64,000 nucleotides of DNA from an uncultured Selenomonadaceae bacterium. GTDB lineage: Bacteria; Bacillota; Negativicutes; Selenomonadales; Selenomonadaceae. The position numbers and the translations under genes are program-made. Below, one piece after another: positions 31,799 through 40,381 of this stretch (position 1 is its first letter; each line of letters opens with the position of its first letter). The stretch is taken from positions 6,616 to 70,615 of the forward strand of contig CAJOIB010000010.1 of NCBI GenBank assembly GCA_905234705.1. The letters are read 5' to 3'. The notes beneath the pieces are model-generated. The model ran no database searches and was not told the DNA's origin. It saw only the letters and a list, made by a program, of their open reading frames with translations.

Positions 31799-32256
31799 AA
31801 ATCCTCCAAATTTGCGCACATTGTCAAAGCGTCCTCGCCACTCATATAATAGCGTTTCATTCGCCCGACAATTTTAAAACCAAATTTCTGGTAAATGTGC
31901 AGGGCAGGGACGTTGCTAACCCGAACTTCAAAAATCATCGAATTAGCGCCGCGCATTTTCGCAATCTTAATCACTTCAAGCAAAAGTTTCTTGCCGATAC
32001 CGCGCCCTTGATATTCCGGCGCAACCGCTATCGTCATACCTTCCGCCTCGTCGAAAAAAATTTTGATTCCCGCGCACGCAATAATTTTCCCGCCAATTTC
32101 GCCAACAATATAATCCGAATTTTCGTCGCGCAGTTCCTCAATAAAAAAATCTTCGTCCCAGCCGTCCTCTTCAAAGCAAATTTCATCCAATTCGGCAACC
32201 GCGGGAATATCGGCAAGCGTCATACTGCGAAAAGTTATTTCCGGCGTTGTTCCCAT
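31789..32256 (-). CDS. Second RimI-like GNAT acetyltransferase (tandem paralogue)
   Basis: ...MTLADIPAVAELDEICF...IAVAPEYQGRGIGKKLL.... The start is ambiguous (32256 or the ATG at 32223). Confidence 0.65.
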   Translation of the reverse strand: MGTTPEITFRSMTLADIPAVAELDEICFEEDGWDEDFFIEELRDENSDYIVGEIGGKIIACAGIKIFFDEAEGMTIAVAPEYQGRGIGKKLLLEVIKIAKMRGANSMIFEVRVSNVPALHIYQKFGFKIVGRMKRYYMSGEDALTMCANLEDLKC

Positions 32257-32906
32257 AATTCCTCAGCCTCCGACCGGCGTATGTACAGCGGCTCTAAATC
32301 CATTACGTTTGAAATTTCGCCCGCGTCGAGCAAATCTTTTCCGCACAGCGCAACGTTGACTGCGCGAGGCATTCTTGAATTTATCGGCGCTAATTTGACA
32401 TTCGGCGGCAATTCGACTTTGATTTTGCTTAAAACTTCGCCGCATAAAAAAACTTCACCGTCAATTTGTCCCGCGGCTGTCACAATTTCATCAATCGGTT
32501 TGACTTCAATTTTTGTTAAAGGTTTGCCCGCTTTGAATTGCTGAACATACGCGCGATTTTTCTGGGCGTCGAGCATTGGCAGGATTGTTGCCGAATTTGT
32601 TGGGAAATGGTAAGAAATTGCCTGCAGGGTTGGGACGCCGATAATTTTTATTTGCCACGCGTAGGCTAAAGATTTCGCCGTTGCCAAGCCGATTCTTAAG
32701 CCCGTGAATGAGCCTGGACCTATGCTGACTGCGACCGCGTCAATTCCTTCGACGTTTGCGATTTTCAAAGTTTGTTCGATTTGCGGCAGTAAAGTTTCCG
32801 AATGAGTTAAGCGCGCCTCTTGCGAAATTTCGGCTAAAATTTTTTCGTCCGAGATAACCGCCACGCTCGCAACTTTCGTCGCCGCTTCTATTCCTAAAAT
32901 CTGCAA
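32235..32906 (-). CDS. tsaB: tRNA threonylcarbamoyladenosine biosynthesis protein TsaB
   Basis: QILGIEAATKVASVAVI...VSIGPGSFTGLRIGLATAKSLA. Likely TTG start at 32906, after a GAGGTGG RBS. The track ORF extends to 32936. Confidence 0.8.
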   Translation of the reverse strand: MQILGIEAATKVASVAVISDEKILAEISQEARLTHSETLLPQIEQTLKIANVEGIDAVAVSIGPGSFTGLRIGLATAKSLAYAWQIKIIGVPTLQAISYHFPTNSATILPMLDAQKNRAYVQQFKAGKPLTKIEVKPIDEIVTAAGQIDGEVFLCGEVLSKIKVELPPNVKLAPINSRMPRAVNVALCGKDLLDAGEISNVMDLEPLYIRRSEAEELWEQRRK

Positions 32907-32916
32907 ATTTCCACCT

Positions 32917-33438
32917 CTAATCGTCACCGCTGACAAAATCTTTCAGCTCATCAATAAATTCAAGGTGCTCTTCACCAACGCAGGAAAAAGTTATCCGCCG
33001 CATATTTCGCGAATCTTTCACCCGCTCAATTTTAATCTGTACGTAATTTTCGGGGAGTGCATCGGGAAATTTTTCCGCCCACTCAATAAACACAATCCCC
33101 TCTGGAAAATCCGTGTACTCATAAAAACCAATATCTTCAAGTTCATCCTCATTATGCAGGCGGTACAAGTCAAAATGCACAATCGGACAAAAGCCCTCGT
33201 AAATGTTCATGAGATTAAAAGTCGGGCTGGTAACTTCGCCCTGCACGCCCAAAGTTCGCGCCATGCTCTGAACAAATAAAGTTTTCCCCGCGCCGAGTCC
33301 GCCGTCTAAACAAATTACCGTGCCTTCGCGAACGCGCTGTGCTACTTTCGCCGCCAATTTTACCGTCCCGTATGGGGACTGCGTTATGTGCGTAAACAAA
33401 AAATTTGTCACTCCTCGTAAAAATAATTTTCGCTTCAA
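32917..33438 (-). CDS. tsaE: tRNA threonylcarbamoyladenosine biosynthesis ATPase TsaE
   Basis: LDGGLGAGKTLFVQSMARTLGV...VTSPTFNLMNIY...HFDLYRL. The N-terminal boundary is uncertain. Confidence 0.8.
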   Translation of the reverse strand: MKRKLFLRGVTNFLFTHITQSPYGTVKLAAKVAQRVREGTVICLDGGLGAGKTLFVQSMARTLGVQGEVTSPTFNLMNIYEGFCPIVHFDLYRLHNEDELEDIGFYEYTDFPEGIVFIEWAEKFPDALPENYVQIKIERVKDSRNMRRITFSCVGEEHLEFIDELKDFVSGDD

Positions 33439-33471
33439 CTGGTTTTATGATAGCCGCATTTAGCCTTATTG

Positions 33472-33846
33472 TCAATTTAACCAAAAAAATAAAACGCCGC
33501 TGAAAAAACTTACGGCGTTGGTCAAAGTCAAAGTTTTCAGCAGTTTCAATCGTGAGCCGTCAATCCAATATGAACAAAGCGCAAATTCCAGCGCCAATAC
33601 AAAAATTTCGCCCGCGCAAATCGTCAGCCACTCCGAATTAACCGCACTCAAAAAATCATTCAATAACAAATTGCTGATTAAATTTACCGCCGCGAATAAA
33701 ATTAAATCTTTCGCCCGTCGATAGCCGCACAGAAAAAATATCGGTACTTCGATTAAAATAGTTTCCGCCGCGTAAATCATCAAGTCGCCATTTTTCCAAT
33801 AAAAAACTCCGGAAACTTCGGGCGCGGAAGATATTTCGACAATCAC
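33472..33846 (-). CDS. Hypothetical small membrane protein
   Basis: 124-aa ORF with 3-4 hydrophobic helices. Overlaps the upstream ORF by 4 nt. No family recognised. Confidence 0.4.
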   Translation of the reverse strand: MIVEISSAPEVSGVFYWKNGDLMIYAAETILIEVPIFFLCGYRRAKDLILFAAVNLISNLLLNDFLSAVNSEWLTICAGEIFVLALEFALCSYWIDGSRLKLLKTLTLTNAVSFFSGVLFFWLN

Positions 33847-34817
33847 GCTATCGCCGCCTTGTTGTTAAAAATTTTCCACGCCGACAACAAAATTAAAAAT
33901 TGAATCACGACCATTGCTTGAACTGCGATTGTAAAATTTCCCTTGAAGAAAACGCCAGGCAGTAAACACCCCGCCGCCAATCCGAACATTAATCCTGGGA
34001 AATTTGGATTGCAGGCGTGCAAAAGTCTCAGCGTCAACGGCATCGTCATATTGAATGTCAGCGTCAACAGAATCAGCGGCACGAGTCCTTCAAATTGCAA
34101 AGACGCAAAGCCCAGCACGAATATCAGCAGGATTGTATTTTGCCAGCCGATTTTGTCACAGCATACGCCGCCTAAAAATTTTCCCGCCGCAAAAATTATC
34201 GGGAACAGCATCACATATTCGGACGAACCGCCGCTGCCGCCAAATCCGCGCATTATTACGCAACTAAGCAAAAGTATCGCGCAGAAAATTATTGGCTCTG
34301 AAATTTTTGTTGAAACGGATACTCGCGCAGAACTCGGCGCTCTGAATGTCAGCACGGCTAAAATCGTTAGTACGGCGTACGAGAATAAAAATGTTTGCGC
34401 GTCTACAAGCTGATTCAAGCCCAACGCTAAACCTATTGCGCCGCTGGACACGAATAAGCCCAATTCTTTGTAGCCGGTGAATTTTTGTAAAACTATGCTG
34501 CCCGCCGTCACATGGAAAAGGCAGTTTCCTATTCCCAAAAAAATTACCTGCGCGAAAATTCCAATCGCAGGCAAAGTTCCGACGCCTAAACTTATCAGCG
34601 ATAAAATAAACGCCGCGCGTAAAAAATTTGGATGCTTGTCGAGGAAAAATCCCGCCGCCGCTTGCAGTCCGAACGCCAGCAAATTGTACATTCCGAAATA
34701 AAAAATTATCGGCTCATAATAAATTTCTCCGACTGCGTAAGCCGCCAGCGCCGCGCCGCAGATTCCATCTACCGTCAAATGTTGCAGCGTGTACAAAAAT
34801 AAAATTTTATCTGTCAT
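33843..34817 (-). CDS. Hypothetical polytopic membrane protein
   Basis: 324 aa with about 9-10 hydrophobic helices. No motif recognised. Confidence 0.5.
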   Translation of the reverse strand: MTDKILFLYTLQHLTVDGICGAALAAYAVGEIYYEPIIFYFGMYNLLAFGLQAAAGFFLDKHPNFLRAAFILSLISLGVGTLPAIGIFAQVIFLGIGNCLFHVTAGSIVLQKFTGYKELGLFVSSGAIGLALGLNQLVDAQTFLFSYAVLTILAVLTFRAPSSARVSVSTKISEPIIFCAILLLSCVIMRGFGGSGGSSEYVMLFPIIFAAGKFLGGVCCDKIGWQNTILLIFVLGFASLQFEGLVPLILLTLTFNMTMPLTLRLLHACNPNFPGLMFGLAAGCLLPGVFFKGNFTIAVQAMVVIQFLILLSAWKIFNNKAAIA

Positions 34818-35277
34818 AGCTGACTTCAGCCGTCAATTCGTCGCCGTAGCGGGTAAATTCAATTATGTAATTCATTTGAAGATAACTAGGACGTTGACGC
34901 AACTTATTTCCAAAATTCGTGGGCGCGTACTGAATTTCAGTTTCAATTTCGACTCTCAAAGTTTCGGGCGTATCATTTGACAAATCGTCGTAATCGAAAG
35001 TTATCAGCGCGGTTTTGCTGTCAAAATTTCCGGTGCCGCCGGTGACATACAAGCCGGATTCGCGATAAATCGAGTACAAATATTTTTGCACATCAGATTT
35101 TTTGAGCGAAAGTTTCAGCGTCACTTGATTATTTTCTTCGTCGATGGATTCAACCGATAATTTTATTGGCGCTTGAAAAGCCCTGGGGCGCTCCGGAATT
35201 GCAACGTCCGCGTAAACCGTTTGTATTTGCGCCGTGAAAATTAACACCGCCAGCATTAAAAAAAATTTCTTCACCAT
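34807..35277 (-). CDS. Hypothetical exported protein
   Basis: Signal peptide MVKKFFLMLAVLIFTAQIQTVYA. GGAGG lies 9 nt upstream of the ATG at 35277. The rest looks beta-rich. Confidence 0.5.
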   Translation of the reverse strand: MVKKFFLMLAVLIFTAQIQTVYADVAIPERPRAFQAPIKLSVESIDEENNQVTLKLSLKKSDVQKYLYSIYRESGLYVTGGTGNFDSKTALITFDYDDLSNDTPETLRVEIETEIQYAPTNFGNKLRQRPSYLQMNYIIEFTRYGDELTAEVSYDR

Positions 35278-35450
35278 AATAAATCGCCTCCAAAATTTTC
35301 CTGCACATTTCGACACAGCGATAAATACTTCCTGCGCGAATCCAATTTTTAATCAAATTTTAATCTTTGCGAAAGGGTTTTAATTTTTTTCCGCGTATAA
35401 TATATTTGTGAATGACTTGTTTTTTTGTTTAACGAAAGGGTGTGCACAAT

Positions 35451-36269
35451 ATGAAAGAAATTGCGAAAAAAATTTTAGTGGCGTTTATGCTAATGGCGGT
35501 GACATGCTGCTATTCGATTTCGGCGGAGGCGGCTAAAAAACGTGTGGCAGTTTTGCCGCTGGAAAATGTTTCCGGATTCAGTGCTGAAAATGTTGCCGAA
35601 ATTATGGCTGAAGAATTGACTGCAGCGTTGTTAAACAGTCAGCGGTACACGGTTATTGAGCGCAACCAAATTGCCGCGATTTTGCGCGAGCAAGGTTTTC
35701 AAAATATTTCAGCCAATCCGAATAGCGCGGTTGAACTTGGAAAATTAGCTGGAGCTGATTATTCTGTTATCGGCAAAGTTACATTGGCGACAGTTGTCCA
35801 AAATTCATTGAATGTTTTTGTCGATGTTGCAGACCCTAACAAGGGCAAAGTTTCAGTTGATATTCGCTTTGTTGATAACGAAACCGGCGAAATTATTTTT
35901 GCCAAGACTTTTGAGGGTAGCAAGAGCGGTACAAATGCCGCGGTTTGTATACACGGCGCTTGCAGAGATGCGGCAGAAAAATTTCTTGACGAATTGAAAA
36001 AAAATATTATTGGGCGCATAGCTGAAGTTGCCGATAAAGAAGTCTACATTGATTTAGGCGCGGAAAGCGGACTTCGCAAGGGCGATACTTTGCTTGTTGT
36101 TCGTGAAACAGATCCTATCATCATTAATGACAAAGTTGTCGGTATGAAAACTATTCCGATTGGCAAAGTGAAAGTTACCGAAGTCAACGCCGAATATTCC
36201 GTTTGCAAAATTGATAAAGTCGAAAAGGGCAACAGCATTCGCAAGGGCGACGTTGTAAAGAGGGGCTGA
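35451..36269 (+). CDS. CsgG/LpoB/FlgO-like periplasmic protein
   Basis: Signal peptide, then KKRVAVLPLENVSGFSAENVAEIMAEELTAALLNSQRYTVIERNQIAAILREQGF...LAGADYSVIGKV. This pattern is typical of the CsgG/TolB-N-like fold. The family assignment is from memory. Confidence 0.55.
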   Translation: MKEIAKKILVAFMLMAVTCCYSISAEAAKKRVAVLPLENVSGFSAENVAEIMAEELTAALLNSQRYTVIERNQIAAILREQGFQNISANPNSAVELGKLAGADYSVIGKVTLATVVQNSLNVFVDVADPNKGKVSVDIRFVDNETGEIIFAKTFEGSKSGTNAAVCIHGACRDAAEKFLDELKKNIIGRIAEVADKEVYIDLGAESGLRKGDTLLVVRETDPIIINDKVVGMKTIPIGKVKVTEVNAEYSVCKIDKVEKGNSIRKGDVVKRG

Positions 36270-36273
36270 TAAC

Positions 36274-37362
36274 GTGAAAAAATTTGCGCTATTAATCTTA
36301 GCTTTGATAATTTTGACGTCAACTGCGCTGGCAAAAAACGTCACAGTAACCGGAATGGGCGCAACTCCCACTGACGCGGAAAATGACGCGCTCCGATTGG
36401 CTGTAGAAAAAACTTTGGGCGTACTGGTAGATTCTGAAACTTTAACCGAAAATGCCGCCGTAGTTCGTGACAAAATTTATACTCAATCGCGCGGATTCGT
36501 CACCGATTACAAAGTTACAAATCGTCAGCAAGTTCAAGGCGTTTGGGAAGTTACAATCGACGCCGTTGTTGACGACCAGCCAAATTCTAAATTGATGAAT
36601 GAATTGACGCGGCTTGGGATTATCGACAATCAGCTCAGAAATCCGAAAATTGCCGTGTACATTCCCGAACATCATATTCAGTACCGGATACCCGATCCTG
36701 CGGGCGAAACTGCCGTTGTGAAGGCGCTAATTGCGGCGGGTTTTTCAAATGTGACTGAAGTTGGTTCGCGCTTGAATATTTCTAATCCGTTGAAAATGAC
36801 TGCCGCTGAAATGACGCAAGCCGCTAATCAACTTGGCGTGGACATTATGATTGTTGGCGAAGCTTTTAGTGAAGGCGTTGGAGATCCGGCTCAATGGGCG
36901 CCTGGGCGTCAAAGTTCCGGTATGAGAGCGTGTCGTGCGCGCGTCGAAGCTAAAATGTTTATCGTGAAAACTGGACAGATTATCGCGGCTGACGGCAAAT
37001 TTGCGTCCGGCGTCGACAATTCCGAATCCATTGCATCTAAAAAGGCGCTGGCGAATGCCGGTCAGCAGATGGGCGAATATTTTGTTGAGCAGATAACTGG
37101 TCTTTATACCAGCCGCCAGGGAATTGAAATTATCGTTATCGGCGCGGCTTTTCAGAAAATTAATCAAGTTCAGCAAGCTATTGGAAATGTGCGCGGCGTG
37201 AAAAGTTGCAACCTTTCTAAATATGAGAATGGCAAAGCGATTTTCAGCGTTATGTACAGCGGTTCGCCGCAAAATCTTTTCAATGAGATTCAAGCCGCCA
37301 CTGACGCCGATTTAGTTTTGAAGTCGCTCGATTATAACACGCTCACAATCCAGGTTCGATAA
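36274..37362 (+). CDS. Exported protein with LPP20/FlgP-like N-terminal domain and CsgG/TolB-N-like second domain
   Basis: GTG start. Signal peptide MKKFALLILALIILTSTALA. Then VTVTGMGATPTDAENDALRLAVEKTLGVLVDSE...VWEVTIDAVV, and later PKIAVYIPEH...AVVKALIAAGFSNV. Confidence 0.5.
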   Translation: MKKFALLILALIILTSTALAKNVTVTGMGATPTDAENDALRLAVEKTLGVLVDSETLTENAAVVRDKIYTQSRGFVTDYKVTNRQQVQGVWEVTIDAVVDDQPNSKLMNELTRLGIIDNQLRNPKIAVYIPEHHIQYRIPDPAGETAVVKALIAAGFSNVTEVGSRLNISNPLKMTAAEMTQAANQLGVDIMIVGEAFSEGVGDPAQWAPGRQSSGMRACRARVEAKMFIVKTGQIIAADGKFASGVDNSESIASKKALANAGQQMGEYFVEQITGLYTSRQGIEIIVIGAAFQKINQVQQAIGNVRGVKSCNLSKYENGKAIFSVMYSGSPQNLFNEIQAATDADLVLKSLDYNTLTIQVR

Positions 37363-37447
37363 AATTTTAATGCGCCGTTAATTTTTCTCAAATGTTTTTC
37401 AAAGAATCGCGCAGTAAACTTTGCCCAAACTTAAGGAGTTGATAACA

Positions 37448-37837
37448 ATGAAATTTAAAACATTAGCATTAACGGCGGTAACTTGCGTAGCGTCGATTTT
37501 TGGAACGAGTATGACGGCGGCGTTTGCCTCACCGATTTATGATTTAAATTCTCCAGCGCAAATTGAGACGCAGGAATTAAGTAAATCCGTGCGAAACCGC
37601 AACACGATAATTGGCGCGGTTGCCGGAGCGGTTGCCATTGCGGCTATTGCCAATCACAACAATAAGAAAAATTACGACGAAGATAAATACAACGACCGCG
37701 ACCGTTATAATGAGCGCGACCGTTATGACGACAGAAACAATCGCAACGACCGCAATACTCGCAGTGAAGATTACCAAAACAGGAACAGCGGCAACAGAAA
37801 TGCTCCGCCGCCTCCGCCTATGCCTAGTCGCAGATAA
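37448..37837 (+). CDS. Small exported low-complexity protein (Asp/Arg/Asn-rich, Pro5 tail)
   Basis: AAGGAG RBS. Signal peptide MKFKTLALTAVTCVASIFGTSMTAAFA. The tail is DRDRYNERDRYDDRNNRNDRNTRSEDYQNRNSGNRNAPPPPPMPSRR. Confidence 0.5.
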   Translation: MKFKTLALTAVTCVASIFGTSMTAAFASPIYDLNSPAQIETQELSKSVRNRNTIIGAVAGAVAIAAIANHNNKKNYDEDKYNDRDRYNERDRYDDRNNRNDRNTRSEDYQNRNSGNRNAPPPPPMPSRR

Positions 37838-37846
37838 AAAATTTCC

Positions 37847-37874
37847 AGCCGGTAAAGTAAACCGGCTTTTTTTA
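37847..37874 (+). terminator. Rho-independent terminator
   Basis: AGCCGGT-AAAGTAA-ACCGGCT perfect 7-bp stem followed by T7. Confidence 0.7.
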
Positions 37875-37937
37875 TTTGGCAGGTTAAAAATTATTCGCGT
37901 CGAAATTATCAGCAAATCGTTATAGGAGATGAATTTT

Positions 37938-38924
37938 ATGGCTGACAAAAATTTAAACTGGGCTGTGCTGGGCGTTGGCGTTATCGCTAATGAGATGGCT
38001 CAAGCTCTTCAGAAAATGGGGCGGCGGCTTTATTCCGTTGGCAATCGCACGCACGAAAAAGCTGTTACTTTCGCTGAAAAATACGGCGTTCAAAAAGTTT
38101 ATGACAAAATCGACGATATTTTCACCGATGAAAACGTCGATATCGTTTACATTACCAGCCCGCACAATACGCACTTTCAATTTATGAAACAGGCGCTTGA
38201 CAACGGCAAAAATATTTTCGTGGAAAAATCTATCACGCTCAACAGCCGCGAACTCGACGAAATGATTGCTCTTGCCAAGTCTAAAAATTTGATTTTGGCT
38301 GAGGCTATGACGATTTGGCACATGCCGCTTTATAAGGAATTGTGGCGGATTATCAAGGACGGCGAATTGGGCAAGGTTCAGATTATCACGATGAATTTTG
38401 GCAGTTTCAAGGAATACAATATGAGCAACCGCTTTTTCAATATGAATTTGGCGGGCGGCGCGCTGTTGGACATTGGCGTTTATGCGCTGTCGGTCGTGCG
38501 CAGTTTTATGGACAAAAAGCCTACCGAAATTCTCAGCCAATGGAAACCTTCACCAACCGGCTCGGACGAACAAGCTACTATTTTGCTGAAAAATTCTCTT
38601 GGTCAAATGGCAACCGCGGCGTTGTCAATGCACTCTAAACAGCCCAAGCGCGCCATTATCAGCTGTGAGAAGGGCTATATCGAGATTATGGAATATCCTC
38701 GCGCAGATAAGGCTACAATCGTTGACGCGGAAACTGGCAAGACGCGCGAAATTTCCAGCGGCGCTCGTGCCAATGCGCTTTTTTACGAAATGAGCGATAT
38801 GGAAAATGCGGTTTTAACCGGCGACGCTTCGGCTATGAAACTCGAATTTACCAAAGACGTTATGGACATTATGACGGCGCTCAGAAAAAATTGGAATTTA
38901 AAATATCCGCGCGAAGAATGGTGA
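37938..38924 (+). CDS. Gfo/Idh/MocA family oxidoreductase
   Basis: Rossmann N-terminus NWAVLGVGVIANEMAQAL, then EKP-like FVEKSITLN. About 328 aa. I chose the ATG at 37938 on RBS spacing. Confidence 0.8.
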   Translation: MADKNLNWAVLGVGVIANEMAQALQKMGRRLYSVGNRTHEKAVTFAEKYGVQKVYDKIDDIFTDENVDIVYITSPHNTHFQFMKQALDNGKNIFVEKSITLNSRELDEMIALAKSKNLILAEAMTIWHMPLYKELWRIIKDGELGKVQIITMNFGSFKEYNMSNRFFNMNLAGGALLDIGVYALSVVRSFMDKKPTEILSQWKPSPTGSDEQATILLKNSLGQMATAALSMHSKQPKRAIISCEKGYIEIMEYPRADKATIVDAETGKTREISSGARANALFYEMSDMENAVLTGDASAMKLEFTKDVMDIMTALRKNWNLKYPREEW

Positions 38925-38930
38925 AAATAT

Positions 38931-40253
38931 TTGGCAACGAGTAAATTAAATCGGGGGCTGAAAAATCGGCACTTACAAATGATCGCGCTTGGTACGGCGG
39001 TTGGCACGGGTTTATTTTATGGCTCGACTTCGACGATAGCGCTTGCTGGTCCGGCGGTTTCGCTGAGTTATTTAATTGGCGGAATAATAATTTTTCTGAT
39101 AGTGCGAATGTTGGGCGAGATGTCGGTTGAAGAGCCGGTTTCGGGTTCATTCAGCTATTACGCGGGAAAATATTGGGGCAAATTCCCAGGATTTTTAGCG
39201 GGCTGGAACTATTGGTTTTTGTACATAATTGTAAGCATGGCGGAGTTGACGGCGGTTGGAATTTATTTGCAATATTGGTTTCCGGATTTGCCGCAATGGG
39301 TCGGTGCGTTGATTTGCTTAATCATAATCACGGCGATAAATTTAATCACGGTCAGCGCGTATGGCGAAATAGAATTTTGGATGGCGCTGATAAAAATCTC
39401 GGCGATAATCTTTATGATAATTTTGGGAACGTACTTAATATTGACGGACGCGCGCCCATTTCCCGACAACTTCAGTAATTTGTGGGTGCACGGTGGATTT
39501 TTCCCGCACGGTATTTGGGGAATGATGATATCGATTGTGCCGGTGCTTTTTAGTTTTGGCGGAATTGAATTAATCGGGATAACGGCGGGAGAGACTGAAA
39601 ATCCGGAAAAGACGATACCGCGGGCGATTAACCAAGTCATTTACAGGATTTTGATTTTTTATGTAGGTACAATGCTGGTATTGATGACGCTGTGGCCGTG
39701 GGACGAAGTTGGGACACAAGCCAGCCCATTTGTACAGATTTTTGAAAATGTTGGAGTGCAAACGGCGGCGAATATTTTAAATTTCGTGGTATTGACGGCG
39801 GCGGTCTCGGTTTACAATTCGGCGATTTATTCAAATTCGAGAATGCTGTTTAGTTTAGCGGAAAATTCCTCAGCGCCGAAATTTTTAACAAAACTGTCAA
39901 GTAACCGCGTGCCTGTCAATGGAATTTTGATTTCGTCTGGGATAACGTTATTGGCGGTTATACTCAATTACATATTCCCAGGGCAAATTTTTATGTATTT
40001 GCTGTCAATCGTGACTGGCGCGGTAGTTATCAGCTGGGCAATGATTGTTTTGACGCATTTAAAATTCCGCGCGCGTTGCACACGTACACCCAAATTCAAG
40101 GCGCTGTTTTTCCCGTTCGCAAATTATTTGTGTCTGGCTTTTTTGGCGGGCGTGATAATTTTAATGACGACCATGGAAGAAATGCGGCTAGCAGTTATTA
40201 TGATGCCAATCTGGCTCGGCGCGATCTGGTTGTTCTATAAATCTAAAAAATAA
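38931..40253 (+). CDS. Amino acid permease (APC superfamily, AAT family)
   Basis: LNRGLKNRHLQMIALGTAVGTGLFYGS...FSFGGIELIGITAGE.... 12-TM profile. TTG start. Confidence 0.85.
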   Translation: MATSKLNRGLKNRHLQMIALGTAVGTGLFYGSTSTIALAGPAVSLSYLIGGIIIFLIVRMLGEMSVEEPVSGSFSYYAGKYWGKFPGFLAGWNYWFLYIIVSMAELTAVGIYLQYWFPDLPQWVGALICLIIITAINLITVSAYGEIEFWMALIKISAIIFMIILGTYLILTDARPFPDNFSNLWVHGGFFPHGIWGMMISIVPVLFSFGGIELIGITAGETENPEKTIPRAINQVIYRILIFYVGTMLVLMTLWPWDEVGTQASPFVQIFENVGVQTAANILNFVVLTAAVSVYNSAIYSNSRMLFSLAENSSAPKFLTKLSSNRVPVNGILISSGITLLAVILNYIFPGQIFMYLLSIVTGAVVISWAMIVLTHLKFRARCTRTPKFKALFFPFANYLCLAFLAGVIILMTTMEEMRLAVIMMPIWLGAIWLFYKSKK

Positions 40254-40254
40254 T

Positions 40255-40379
40255 ACGGCATTTCTTTACTTTTTAAAAAAAGAAAGAAACGCCTAGCAAA
40301 GAAAGAAAAACTTCCGCGCTACAGTCACATCACGTGACTGGCGCGCGGCGAGCGCCCGTCCTTGGGCGCTCTTTTTTTT
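40255..40379 (+). repeat. Copy B of the three-hairpin 3'-flank element (3' of the amino acid permease gene), ending in an intrinsic terminator
   Basis: Reverse complement of copies A and C. It starts 2 nt after the permease stop and ends with a GAGCGCCC-loop-GGGCGCTC hairpin plus T8. Confidence 0.7.
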
Positions 40380-40381
40380 GG

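Noticed and set aside
37953-38540. 195-aa antisense ORF inside the Gfo/Idh/MocA oxidoreductase gene. Similar long antisense or off-frame ORFs occur at 36745-37293, 48418-48927, 49745-50269, 8904-9455, 17557-17964 and 15290-15775.
   Set aside because: All lie inside genes with strong family signatures on the other strand or frame. They encode Arg/Asn/Phe-rich low-complexity products and lack Shine-Dalgarno sequences. They are most likely a by-product of this genome's codon and composition bias.
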